A DNA stretch of 64,000 nucleotides. It comes from Octopus vulgaris (Eukaryota). The stretch lies in assembly GCA_951406725.2 (NCBI GenBank), contig OX597816.1:60760001-60824000 (forward strand), read 5' to 3'. Under the pieces are notes generated by a model that ran no database searches, was not told the DNA's origin, and saw only the letters and a program-made list of their open reading frames with translations. A program made the position numbers and the translations under genes. Shown here piece by piece: positions 11,742 through 25,414 of the stretch. Positions within the stretch are counted from its first letter, which is position 1, and each line of letters begins with the position of its first letter.

Positions 11742-14700
11742 AACTTCCCCCTTTTGAGAGTTTTTTTTTCTCTAAACCCAAATTTATCAATTTTATTTCC
11801 TTGGTGAGAAACTGGCATTTCTTTTTCTCTTAGCGTTAATTTCCATCATTTCTGTAGGTTCTCTCTTCCTGTTTGACCTACGCGTCGGTTCTGCTTCTGC
11901 TTGGGTTTCTATTTTCTGTTTCCTACTCAGCAACAATTTATCAAAAATAGAATGAATTTTTCTGGAAAACATCAAATATGCGGGTAACCTACCCGACTCT
12001 GCATTTGGATTCGGTGTTATTCTATACACCTGCAAAAACTTTGTCATTTTTTGTATCTTCAATGGTTTTCCGTCTGGTCTTCTTTAAAGTTCTCTTGAAT
12101 GTGTCGACAAATCTTTCCACTAACCCATTTGACCTTCAGTGGTATGGCAGAGTTAACACATGCTTCATTTGAACCAACTTACAGAATCTTTCTAACTCCT
12201 TCGCTGTGAATTGTGTACCATTATCTGACACGATCGTATCTGGCACCCCATAATGAGCAAATAATTCTTCCAAGAAGTCAATCATCCCACTTGTGGTTGG
12301 CCTTGAACATTTACACATCTCTGCCATTTGGAATACCTATCCACTACGATGATATAATGAGAGCCATTTATTGGTCCTGCAAAATCCACATGCAGTCTAG
12401 ACCATGCTGAATCCGTTTTTGGCCACAGTTGAATCTGCACTGGGGGCGCCTTTGCTGCCATAGCGCATCCCCTACACTGTTTTACCAATCTCTCAATTTG
12501 CTTGTCCATATTCTGCCAATAAACGTAACTCCTCATGAGGCTCTTCATCCGGACAATCCCTAGATGTCCTACATGGAAGTCTTTTAATACTCTGTATTGC
12601 AGCGCTTCAGGTATTACCACTCTTAGTGCATATAATAACTCATCACTTACTGAATAGTGCTTTGAACCTGTGTCCTGCTCATTTATATTTTTCATGTTAA
12701 TCAACATTTTTAAAATCTTGTTTATGAACCTGTCTTTTCCTGATCCAATTTAATTTGTACCAGCGTAACCAGCAAATCATGTACTACATTTCACAAAATG
12801 TTCTTCAGTTCTATTTCTAGTTTTAACGATGCAATCACCGTGTCTTCAAAAGGTTCCTCACATTTTGGAATTAGCCTCGACAACCCATCTGCGTGTCTCA
12901 TTTTCATTGATAGCAAAAACTCCATCTGGAAATCATAGTTCAACAGAGTAGTCCCCCAGTGCTGTAAGCGGTTTGCTGAGTGTGTGGGGATACCCTTTTT
13001 CGAACTGAAAATAGACAGTAATGGTCAGTGATCCGTTTGCAGTGTAAACTTCTTCCCATATAAGAATTTATGGAATTTTTTTACTGCGATGATTAATGAT
13101 AACGCCTCTTTTTCAATCTGGCTGTAGTTTCTTTCTGCTGGTAATAGAACTCTCGATGCATGTGCAATAGCTTTGATTTTACTATCATTAAATTTATGCA
13201 ATATCACAACACCTATTCCATATTCACTGGCATCCGATGACATAATTATTTTTAGGTTTGGATCGAAATGAGTTAATGATAACCATGATGTTAACCGCTT
13301 TTTTAATTCCTCGAATGCTTTCTGACATTTGTTTGCCTAGTCCCAATTCAAGTCCTTTTTTAGCAACTTGTTTAACGGAGCTCTTAGCTCATTTTAGGTA
13401 TGTACAACTGGTAATAACTTACCAGACCTAAAAATGCTTGTAGTATTGTTTTGTTAGTGGGAACAGGCATTTCTTTTATCACGTCGATCCTAAAAGGGTC
13501 TGGTTTTCATCCATTTTCATCGATCACCTGTCCTAAGCACTTTATTTTTGTCAAGAAAAATTCACATTTATCCTCACTTACTTTAAACCCATAATCGCTT
13601 GTTTGTTTGAAAACCTCTTCTATATGTTCAATATGTTGGTCCCTCGATTCACTTTTGATCAATATGTCATCCAAGTATGGGACCGTGAACTCACAATCTG
13701 CTAGCATAGTATCCATCACTTGCTGAAATATTGCTGGTGCGGCCTTAACCCCAAATGGCAGTCTTTTGAAACGGTACGGACCTTTATGAGTATTGATTGT
13801 TAATACTTTAGCACATTCTTCATCCACCAGTAATTGGGGGTAGGCATCTGACAACTCCAGCTTGGAAAAAATTTTCCCACCATTGCACTTAGCAAATATT
13901 TCTTCTGGGTTTGGAAGCGGATAATTGTAATTTTTTAAACAATCATTAAGACCAGTTGAGAAGTCCACACATACTCTTATTTCATTGTTCTTCTTTTTTA
14001 TATATACAGTAGGAGCTGTCCACTCAGAGTAGTCTACTTTTGCAATTACCTCCATGTCTTCCAATCTTTTTAATTCCTTCTCAACTTGGTTTAACGCCAC
14101 AAAAGGTACATTCCTTTCCGGTTTGAACACTGGCACCGCATTTTCTTTCAACTCAAACTTTACTTTGATTTTTTTACACATACCGAGTTCTTTCAAAAAC
14201 ACATCAGGGTACATCTTTTTCAATTTTAATTTTAATTTTTCTGATGCTTTCTCTGACACAGACTGTGACACTTTCATCTTATTACATAGTATATTCAGTG
14301 GTAGATCCCACAGGTCGAATTCTTCCATTAAATCTGTCCCGAAGAGATTCAGTGTACTCTTAGATACCATTAGTTTACTTTTCTGTGTCATGTTTTAAAG
14401 TTTTATTTCTGGTGAAATTTCGCCCAAGAATTGAACTCGTTCTCCTGACACACCATGAGCTATCCTAGTAGTTTATTTATGTACCGGCCTGCCTATCTTA
14501 CTCCATGTTGCCGTATTTATTATCGATACATCTGAACTGGTATCTAATTGCATTTTGGTCTGAAAACCATTTATTTCTACCAACACAAATTTTTGATTTT
14601 GTATGTTATAATTTACTTTTGTTGAGTAGACTTTCTTCAGTTTTACAATTTTCTTCAACTGATATTTCGTTTGTATGTGCCCAATTTTACCACACTTAAA

Positions 14701-15518
14701 ACATGGTTTTATCTTTAAAGGGGCAATCTTTCCTCAAATGTCGGTCTCCACAACCATAGCACCATTTTGAATTTATATATTTTCTTCTATCCGTACTTTC
14801 TTTACGTGTTTGTACATTCTTATTATTGTCTTCTATTTTTCTTGTATCTTCTCGAAGGTTATTTGTTGGCATTCCTCAGCCACTTTCTGCTAGGTTAGTT
14901 TCACATCTTGATTCAGCTTTGATAATATTCCTTTCCCAATTTCTGCGTCTTCCATTGCCACCAGCCCTTTAACAAATATTAGGCACTTGAACATATCTGG
15001 TGTTAATTCTTCCAGCTTAAACTTTTCGCAAGCCTTATTAACCATACCAGCATATGTTACAAAATCGTTGGACTCATTTTTCTTTAAATTTAAACATTCC
15101 CACTGAATGCTAAACTGCGAACTTTTCTCGCTAAAAACATTAGTCAAAATATTTATTGTTTCATCAAAACACAATTCCGCAGGCTTTCTTAGCAAAATAA
15201 AGTTACAAAAACTTTCATGTTCTGGAGGGGCAAGCTTTCACAAAAGAAGTTTTACCTTCCTTTCACTAGACCACCCCTTGCATTCCTCTCAGAATATGTC
15301 TTCATATCATCTGTAATATGTAGTAAAAGTAGTTCCTTCATCCAGTTTGTAGTGAAATTCTTTGATGGAATTTGCAACACCGTCTGCTGAAAATGATTCT
15401 GTCGTATTTCTCGACTGCAGTAACAATTCTGTTAACTTCTGTAGTTGCTGCTCTTGCTGTCTGACAACTGCTTTCCGTAACTCTTCCATTTCGGTACTAT
15501 TCAAAACCCCGTCACCAC

Positions 15519-15735
15519 TGTTATATTGCACGTTCGGATGGCGTGCCTTTGCCAATAACATACCTCTATTCAACTACTAAACTAGCACTTCCGAAGACTC
15601 GACTCAACAGAACTCGACATCTAGTCTACTCACGGTTCCGGCTCGCTCTCTCGATGCTCCTCAACTAGTTATCACGTCCACTATTTATACGTACTGGACT
15701 AGCCTACTTATCGTCTGGGGCCCGTCCACACAACA
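15519..15735 (-). repeat. 5' LTR of the Gypsy element; primer-binding site at ~15500-15517
   Basis: TGTT...AACA termini, 217 bp. Followed on the - strand by TGGTGACGGGG (TGG-starting PBS). Confidence 0.9.
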
Positions 15736-16178
15736 TAAGTATAGAAGAACATTTAAATATTTCAATTCTGAATAACTCATTAATTATAATTGCTTTTCCT
15801 ATAATCTAATACACATAATTTTTCTAAAAGTTATTTTAGCATATTTAATAGATAGATAACTAATTTGTCATGACATAGAATTTTTTATTCATTCTTTATC
15901 TACTGATGCCATCAAAAGTTCAATACTAAACTGACTCTTCTTAGAATATTATATTACTTCTTAACATTCCTTTTGCAGGCAGTCATTTATCAGAGATATT
16001 TTCTTAGTTCACATTGACTTTAACCCTTTTGTTACCGTATTTATTTTGAGATGCTCTGTTTCTTTCAATTAATTTGAAATATAACAAAGAATTTAGTAAA
16101 ATAACTTGGTTATCATTCAGTTAGTGTTAGTGCTTTATAGATATCAGCCTGAATTTATTAATCCCTTTCACTTATACA

Positions 16179-16217
<39 letters not shown>

Positions 16218-17008
16218 AGATGTATGTGTATGTATATGCGTGTATGTTATTTTTTTGCCTTGACAACTGTGTGATAGTCATAAATGAATGTCACTGTCAT
16301 GCTAAGTTACGGCCTACATTTCTAATCAACCATGAAATCATATGGAAATATTACCATACTTGGAAACAGGTGAGCGTTGACACCAGGAAGGAATTTTCTA
16401 TGGCTAGGTTAGCCATAGAAAATTTACATCAATAAATTCCATCCAAACTATGGATGTGGTGTGAACTTTATTTGTGCAAAAAATGGAATTCTGACTCAAG
16501 GCACCAATAGTTTGAAGAAAAGAAATGAACTGTTAACAGCCTGTCTAGTGTTGCTAAACTTATCTTTATCTCTTGATCTTCAGACTAATCAGAAGACATT
16601 GATGGAGAGAACTGTTGTGCTAGTATAGCTGATTATTAAATGAGTGCTATATGAGCCCCGATATAGTTGGTTTTTGTGTTATTAGGTGAAACATCAACAT
16701 TGTATACAGTATTTATTTTTTGCTAGGTATTTGCCTTTTAGGGGACAGCAATCTACATCTCAAGCAATTGTATATTGGCATCTTTTGCTCCTGGTTTTAT
16801 TGCAATATTTTGGCACTGTAACTCTTAAAATGATATTTTATATGTTCTGCGTGTAACCATAATTCACCTTTCCATAGAGTGATTAGTGGTTAATGATGGG
16901 AAAAGTATCATAACACTGTAAAAACATTTATTCCAACAAAAAAGAAAGCAAAGCTATCCTACTCATGCTAACACACAAAAAAAATGCATGTAAAACAATA
17001 AGACTCAC

Positions 17009-17165
17009 TTGTTTTTTCAATCCCAGTTTCCCAAGGTTCTTTTGTCTTCCATCCAAATTGAAGTATTTTGGAATAATTGATATTGTACTGATTATCATTA
17101 AAAACTCGATCTTTCACAAATTCAATGTACTTTGCAATATCATCTTCACTGGTAACATTTTTGGT
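17009..17165 (-). CDS. TGDS: TGDS-like coding exon (157 nt)
   Basis: ttttag| ... |GTGAGT. Reads TKNVTSEDDIAKYIEFVKDRVFNDNQYNINYSKILQFGWKTKEPWETGIEKT. Confidence 0.9.
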
Positions 17166-17245
17166 CTAAAAATTCAAATAATAATAAAAAAAAATTACAA
17201 AAACACATGAAAAATAAATTGATTTAAAATGTTTCAAAATAAATA

Positions 17246-17631
17246 GGCACAGGATTGGCTGTGTGGTAAGTAGCTTGCTTACCAACCACATGGTCCCGGG
17301 TTCAGTCCCACTGCGTGGCACCTTGGACAAGTATCTTCTCAGGTCGACCAAAGCCTTGTGAGTGGATTTGGTAGACGTACACACATTACACATATATATA
17401 TATATATATGTGTGTGTTTGTATGTACATATATATATGTGTGTGTGTTTGTCCTCCCAACATTGCTTGACAACCAGTGTGTTTACGTCCCCGTAACTTAG
17501 CGGTTCGGCAAAGAGACCGATAGAATAAGTACTAGGCTTACAAAGTATAAGTCCTGAGGTCGATTTGCTTGACTAAAATGCGGTGCTCCAGCATGGCCGC
17601 AGTCAAATGACTGAAACAAGTAAAAGAGTAA
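17246..17631 (+). mobile_element. tRNA-derived SINE family A, internally deleted
   Basis: Same head (tggctgtgtggtaag...gggttcagtccc) and tail as the 5730 and 55360 copies. Confidence 0.85.
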
Positions 17632-18084
17632 ATTATCAATTTTAAAACAGGTAACTTAAAATCTTAGCTTTTATCCACAACAGTCCTGGACTAAAAATGA
17701 ATTTAATCAGTGAAAATAAATTGAGAAAGTATATGGTTTTACTGTTATTGTTTTAGTCCCAGGTCAGCCACGACTGAGCAAACCTATGAGCTAAAGTACT
17801 CCAGCCTTGCCCACCATAGCTTTTCGTCAAGATTAGTGCATCTATAATTACATAATCCAGTGTGTCCTTTTAAAAAAGACTGTCATTTGTATTTTGAAGA
17901 ACAATTGGTTGGTATTTCTAGCAGTCATGCAACCATGTAGAGGCTGCCTCACTGGCTCATTTAGGGGTTTTGTTAGTGTTGACGGGATCATTAGTAGCTG
18001 TTGTAGTGGCAGTGGCAACAGTTGAGCAGCAGCAGCAGCAGACGACGACGATGATGCCGGCAATAATGATCTTTTCTAAATCTA

Positions 18085-18630
18085 CACCATATCTTGCCCA
18101 GAATATTAATCGTCTGGAAACTGTTCAGCGGCGTGCAACCAAAAGAATACTCTCCATCAGGCATTTGCCATATTCTGAACGCCTTACTTCCCTGGGCATG
18201 GACACATTGAAGCTCCGACGTCTTGGCAGACACCCATAAAGTTATTAACCATCTTACTAGCAATAACTCTGAGCACCTTTTCAAACTCCACCTGTCTAAC
18301 ACCCGTGAACATGTTCACAAAGTCAGAAAACAGCACAGCTCCTTCCATGACTTTCGGAAACATTTTTTTACGCTAAGAGTTGCTGAAGCATGGAACAAAC
18401 TGCCAGCATCAGTTGTTAGTTGTCAGAGCACTGCATCCTTCAAAACTTCCATGCTTCCTGAGATTCGCCAACACTACACCTGATTTTCTCCCCTCCATAC
18501 ACACACAGGCATGTATCTGACTCATACATTGTTCGCTTCCCAGACATTTGTACATTACTGCATATGCTTTATACGCACTTTTGACAAGTTGTGGTGCACC
18601 TGAGCACTGTATACAATAATTTCATTTTTA
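18085..18630 (+). mobile_element. CR1-group LINE 3' fragment, same family as 1838-2820
   Basis: PYLAQNI..LETVQRRATK, HDFRKHFFTLRVAEAWNKLP; shared 3' end gtgcacctgagcactgta. Confidence 0.9.
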
Positions 18631-18936
18631 TTAAACTGACAAACCTTACACTCCTTTATTGATATGTTACAGACTTTGAAATCATCATCATCATTTAACG
18701 TCCATTGTCCATGTTGGCATAGGTTCAACAGTTTGACCAGGTTGGCACACTGGAAGGCTGCACCAGAATCCAGTCTGATCCAACTACAGTTGGATGCCCT
18801 TCCTAATGCCAACCACTTCGAGAGTGTAATAGGTGCCTTTACTCGCCACCAGCAAAGATTACTCAGTTATTGGACTCTATATTAGTAGAGGAGATAGAGG
18901 TGATTATATGATTAACATATATATATATATGTGTGT

Positions 18937-21900
18937 GGCTGCCGGTTGTCAAGTCGTGAAATGTTGTTGTCTCTCATAAAATTGCAGTATCGCAAGAAGT
19001 CGGATCTTTTCATTTTCTCCAAGAAGTCTTCTTAAAAACAAACATAACAGCCGCACACACAACTGTGCTAAGCTACTCTCTGGACTTTCTGAAGCAAATA
19101 GTGAAGAAATTTATATTAAGGACCGTGTAGAAGAGAAAGTTTGAAAATTTTCTGTGTACAGCTTCGACCTTACGAGATCCCACGTGTTGAACTTATTCGT
19201 ATATTGATGATACTACCTCACTCGCCGTCTATGGAAAGGATTCCTCTGTTCCTGTTGTGAGTCCTTCTTTTATTGTGGCTGCTTCGGGTGTCTCTTACCA
19301 CCAGTTATCCTTTACAAATTGGTACCCCGAACTAAAAGATCTACAGCTTTCGTTTCAACAGCCACTGAATTCGTATGCTTCACGACGTTCAACTTCAGGA
19401 TTGCTTCTACATTATCATTCATCACAAGTGAAAAGCTAAGAAAAATTTTTTCTACGTTAAAGTTTTTTCATTTTGTCAATGACTTCCAGAGCCTATAACT
19501 AAAGGCTTCCTTGCGGCTGAGACCTTTGTGGTTTTTCACACAAAAAACTTCACCGTTATGTCATTTTAACAACTTTTTGAACAGTTTTCTTCATGTTTTA
19601 CGAGACGTCAGTTCATTTTTACACAGTGTCGTCTACTTGCTGAAAATAGCATTAAAATGCACGATTACATTTCCGAATGTATCAATAATTGATCTTTTTC
19701 AAAAGTAAGCCTGCTAGTTTTTTTGGGTTTTTTTTTCATTTTGCTCCTTACTCACTTCACTCTCCCTCTCTGCTTGTCGAACAACTTAATGATTTTATTG
19801 TTGCTTATTTCTCTCTCCCTCTCTCTCTTTTCTTTCTCTCTCTCTCCCTCTCTCTCTTTCCTTTCTCTCTCTCGCTCTCTCTCTGATCGGTCGTGTTATT
19901 CTTGCTCCGCAGTGAAAGATTGTTTTTGTGCTGAAAATTGTGAAAATTTGCTGTTTTGGTCGTCGTGACCACTTCTTTTCTGCTGTTGCAGCAGAATTTT
20001 GCTGTTGTTTCCCCCTTGTTTCAAGGGGAAAGCGGCGAAAAACATGAATTTGCCACCAATTTCTTCTGAGTCGGAGGAAAACTTTGAAAATTTGTTTGAA
20101 GGCATGAAGGCGAAAATGCGGGAGGAGGAAGGTAGAAGTAAAGAGACGTCTCACGCGAGCGTTACAAAAGCAGACGACAAGATGTATAGCGAGGCTAAAC
20201 AAGAGGAAAAGGCAAAAATTAATTTTGCGAGTGCAGCAACTCGCTCCTATGAAAATATAGTCATAAACAAAGAAGATTTAAAGAAATACCAAGGACTACT
20301 AAAAAAAAAAAGAAGGTGATAATGTGAAGTTGCTCCCTCCCAGTGAATTAATTTACGCGATGGAGAGAAAAACCTGTGATATATAAAACATATCATGTAA
20401 AAAAAAAAAAAATTGACTTCGTGCCGAGGGAAGCGATAGAAAAATGCTTGAGGCCGATATGGCAACAAACAAGCTACATAACGAGGGGTAGTCGCTTCGG
20501 CAGAACTTCAAAAATCACGGTCACTGATATACCACCCGAAATAGATGTGGCCTGGGTGCTAGCCGCTATTCTCATAGGCAAAGAAGAAGAAATTTCAATT
20601 CTTCAATCTAAGAGATACCACCACATGAACTGGGTTGGACAAGATTTAGAGCTTGTCGTCCAAGCAGACCCCTCAGACTTAGAAAAAATGCCCAGTTCCC
20701 TTACAATTGGAGAAAATACCAGCCCGGTGGTGGTAGTCGAGGGGAGAAAGCCCAGATGTTACAAATGTGGCGAGAAAGGCCACATAAGGTCGAGCTGTAA
20801 GAAGAAGACAGCCAAAGAAAACGCAGCAGAAGAGGCAAGCACGACGCCGAAGACAACGACCATACCGCTTGAAATAGCAGCCACGTCGCGCACACCAATT
20901 GCCGAAGTACAGCCGACAGCGGGAGAAAACAACAACAACCAGGAGTGGGTCACCGTGGAACCTTCAAAAAGAAGACGGAAACGGAAAAACCCACCCTCTT
21001 CGGATACACAGGACTACCGACTATGCTCCGAGACAGACAAGTACACCCACACCCACAGTCGCAAACACACACGTAGCCAAAAAAACACACACACACACTG
21101 GAAAAAAGCACACGCAAACACACACACACCTACCACAAGCACACATACACACACCTACAAACACACACACCCCTCCACAATCGCCTAATATAAAAAAGAG
21201 AAACACCTTCACTGCGATAAACAAAAATAATAAACACTTAAGAGACCAAATTGGTTTAATGAAATCGGCGAAAAAATATATTGCAACAGCTGTAAATAGT
21301 ATTATTCTTGAAAATGTCAAGTTTTATACCATAGACAATACTGACTATTTCGAACTAAAAAAAAATCTTTTGCGGAGGACGTCGGCCCGTTACAGATGAA
21401 CTTTTCGAGTCATCTGTACAGGTAATTCGCGAAAAAAATGACCTCGCAAACCACAACTCTCACAGACAGAAAAGAGGAGGCTGAAACCACACCGTCACTC
21501 CCTTTAACTCTGTAAGTTTTAAACATTCGACTTATTTTTCACATTCTCGTTTAAACTCGGTTGTTTAAATATTCGCGGCCTGGGGTCGTATTTGGAAGCA
21601 AGGCTACCTCCTTAATGACCTTGGGTCGCATCGTTTGGATGTAGTTGTAATTACCGAATCCAGACTGAGTGGGCTGCAGGCTTTTTCGCCCCTTCTAAAC
21701 GGCTACGAGAAATACGTTTCTCCCTATCGACCGGGAGGGGGCGGAGGAGTGGCAGTGCTGGTCAGAAAAAACCTGGATTTAGAGATTAGAACTGTCTTTA
21801 TAGATCCGGAAGGCAGGTTGGTCGTTTTGGATGTGACGCATAGCAGTGGTAAAGTGTTCAGGCTGGTCGCTGTCTATGCTCCCTGTGAAGGAAAAGCTGG

Positions 21901-24900
21901 GCAGAAAGATTACTTCAAAAGCCTAGAGAATTTTCTCGGCACATCGAACACGTTAGTATTGCTAGGTGACTTCAACATAATTTGCGATGCACGCGTAGAT
22001 TATCCTGGCTCGAGAAAGAATAGGAGAGAATTACCTCACCTCAATGATCTGCTAAGTCATTTCGAGTTGGCAGATCGATTCAGACTGGGCAAGAAACGAC
22101 GGGTCGTCCAGATCTTACATAGATAGAATCATTACTAGAAGGAAAGATAAGAAAATACTTAGCTGTCCACAACACCATATCGTCAGCTACAGCGATCACT
22201 AATTAGTGACCTGTATGCTCGACATAGATAGCATGTGTCGACGAGGTACTGGTTACTGGAAGCTAAACAAGTCACTATTGGACTGTGAAGCCTACAGGAA
22301 GCGGATTAAACAATTAGTAATGAGGGCGTTAACCGAATCCATTATCAACAACAAATGGTGGTACGCCCTGAAAAGAGCCATCAAATTTGAATCAATTAGG
22401 TTTAGCAAAGAATTAGCTAGTGCTAGAAACAAAGTAGAAAAAGAACTAGTTAAGGCAGTAGATGAGGCAATGAGGTCAGGCAGTGCATTGAAAGTGTTAG
22501 CGGCGAGATTGGCACTCGACCAACATCTCAAAGCTAAACATGAAGGGTGCATTGTCAGGGCTAAGATCCATGCAATGAAACAGGAAGGGATCAACACAGT
22601 CGATGGGCCCGGGTGGTAGAGGGCCAGCGTGGCAACAACTCAACCATTTGATCTTTGACAGACCCAAATGGTCGATCAGTAAACGAACCCGTGGAGATGT
22701 GCAAGGTGTTTCACGATCATTTCGCCCAGCTGTTCGGGAGGAGCAGCGGACTGGAGTGCAGGGAGAGGCTCGCAGACTTCCTAGCCGGTTCGCCGCGTCT
22801 ATCGAGGCCGGATGCGGAATCTTGTGAGGTGCTGATCACAGCCAAGGAAGTTGAGGATGTGTTGGCAGACTGCGGCGGGGACAAATTGCCGGGACTCGAT
22901 GGTCTGCCTTACAAACTCTATAATAACATGCCAGACTTGTTTGAATACCTACTTGCATGCGTGTACACCAACTGGCTGCAGAACAGGAGAATTCCCAAGT
23001 CTGTGAGCCAAGGGGTGGTAGCGCTGTTAAGAAAGGACCCAAACAAGGGGGATTTAATTGATAATTTTTGGGTCATCACTCTGCTTAACACTGAGTTGAA
23101 GATTTTGGCCAAGGTCTTAGCCAAAAGGTCGGTGCGGGTCGTGGGTGAACTTGTTGGTGAGGCGCAAACTTGCGCCATCCCTGGAAGGACCATCCACGAC
23201 AATCTCCACTTTCTACCTTAGAAAGGGTAAATAGGATTCCTGGCAAGGGTGGGGCTATAGTCAACTTGGACCAATCAAAAGTGTTCGATAGGGTAGACCA
23301 TCAGTATCTGACGGCTGACTTCGGCCCGACCTTCCGCGGATGGATCAACGCTTTAAACAGCAACATCGAATCGGTAGTTCGGGTGAGCGGTTTCTTTTCG
23401 GAGCCGTTCCGCATTGAACGTTTGGTACGTCAAAGGTGCCCTCTCTCCCCGCTTCTCTACGTTTTGGCCCTTAAGCCATTGCTGAGGAGATTGGAAACTA
23501 TGAGGGGCACTCCGCAAGATCTAGGGTTCGGAAAGTCAGCTTCGGCATATGCGGACAACATCACCGTCATCGTATCCCGGGTCGAGCACCTACAGTGGGT
23601 GGGTGAGGCCTTAAGGGAAAACGAAGCGGTGGCAGGAGCAAAAGTCAACCGGGATAAATCGGTCGGCTTGCAACTCGGCACCTGGAGGGGCAAGTCGATG
23701 TCTTCCAACAGCATTGTAGGACGTTGGACAGAAGGGCTGGTGAAAATGCTTGGAATATGGTTAGGTCCAGATCTCCAGATAGAGAAGAATTGGAGCAAGG
23801 TGGCCCTCCTAACTCAGACCTGGTCTGAGTGGAAGCTGTCCTTGAAAGGGAGGGCGGAGGTTGCAGAGGTGTTTATTGCCTCTGTAATTACTTACTGCCT
23901 GAACAAGCTGGAACGCATGCTCTTTCGCTTTTTGTGGAGGGGCAGCAGACTTCTTGTAAGGCTCTATCTGCTGCCAAAAGCCGCTGAAGGGTGGGTTAGG
24001 GATGCCGTGGCTAAAAATGCGCAGACATGTGCTCAGGCTTAGGCACCTCTGGCTTTATCTGGACGGTGAGCAGGTGTGGTCTCCGTTCGTCAAGCTGTTA
24101 TTTCCACAGTTCACATCGTTTACCAAACTGAACCCATGGATCAAGTGTAGACCGAGGTTGGGCGTGTGGCATGCAGAGTGCCATGAGGCACTTGTGCTTC
24201 TCTCCCAGTCGGGCAACGCCAGTGGCGAGGGTACTACCTCGTTCTTCTATAGACGGTTAGTAGAGTTTAAGTGTGATGACGTCTTGGGAGAAACCCTAGG
24301 CTTCGACGAAGATCAACTGGCCAGCCTGTTCCAAAGAACATTTGGTCTGGGGCCTATGGATAATTACCAAAAGTCCCTGGCCTGACAATGTTACAGAGGA
24401 GCTTTACCGGTTTGAGATAAGCTCTTTAGACATGGGTGTGCACCTTTGCCGGTTCATGCAAGATGCGAGCGGGACAGTGAAACTGTTCTGCATGCGATTG
24501 TGCAATGCCCTAAGGTGACTGAACTCTGGGCTTATGTCGAACACCTGCTGTTGCATTTGAGAAGAGTACAACTGTTAAGCGAATCTGTAATTAAGGTCGT
24601 TCTGCCGACCTCCCTGAATAGGGAGGAGCAAGCCTGTTTTCTCTCGGAAGTTGCTGTGGCGAAAGAGGTAGTATGGAAGACGAGAGTGAAAGGAATTGCA
24701 ACAGGCATGTTCATCTCCAGTCTCGAGCTAATCGACTTTTTCATTTTCCACATGAAACAGAAAATAAGGCTGGAGAAGAAATGCCTGTCGCAAAGTGTGT
24801 TTCGTAAAAGATGGAAGTATATAGCAAGTATGTTGCGAGTGAAAGAACCTGTTTAAACGAGAATATAAAAAGGAGAAAGCAAAGTCTTCAGTGTGAGTAT

Positions 24901-25300
24901 GTGGTTTGTGGGGTCAAGAGCATCCTCTGCTTCATTTTGTTAATCACTCATTCTCATTTAATTGTTTGATAATTCATACGTTTCGTCTCATTCGATACTC
25001 TGACCCCAACGTTTGTTTTGTCTGTCCCCATATTGTCCCCTCTCTCTCTCCCTCTCTCCCACACACACTTCTGACAATTGGAATGGGTATTCTTGTAGGT
25101 TAATTTTTTTTTTTTTTATCTTTATGTGTAGGTCACTTGAGTACCATGTAGTCCAGTACAACCAGTTACTTGGTCGGGTCGTCAGCGACTAAACTAGCAA
25201 CCCCACCAGGCTTGCTTGGTGAGGTGGGTGTTTGTTGGACACCCTGCAGGACAAAAAATAAGACCTGTCAAAGGGCGGAAGAACTACAGCGTAGTCAACG
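18937..25300 (+). mobile_element. Near full-length decayed L1/Tx1-clade non-LTR retrotransposon
   Basis: ORF1 remnants (20043-21188) with zinc knuckle CYKCGEKGHIRSSC. ORF2 remnants (~21540-24856): APE endonuclease (ITES, GVAVL, VYAP, GDFN, SDH), GYWKLN, PGLDGLP, ITLLNTELKILAK, LDQSKVFDRVDH, RQ.CPLSPLLY, AYADN, C-terminal ETVLHAIVQC. Flanked by (TG)n. Confidence 0.9.
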
Positions 25301-25414
25301 TGTGTGTGTGTGTGCATTGTATGTATAGCATTTTTTTTTTAACTCTGTATATGGTGTATATATTGCATTTTAAACTCTGTGTATGTGTGTATAAAATGTA
25401 CATATTGTATTATC

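Larger units (their letters stand above)
11526..15735 (-). mobile_element. Decayed full-length Ty3/Gypsy LTR retrotransposon, ~4.2 kb
   Basis: TAAGT target-site duplication at 11521-25 and 15736-40. Gag-like region, protease (QLDTSSDVSII), RT (YLDDILI), RNase H (DASEYGIG..YSQIEKEAL..FTLQTDH), integrase (HVGHLG..CRGC, HVDFAGP, SDNGTQF) in Gypsy order; many stops and frameshifts. Confidence 0.95.
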
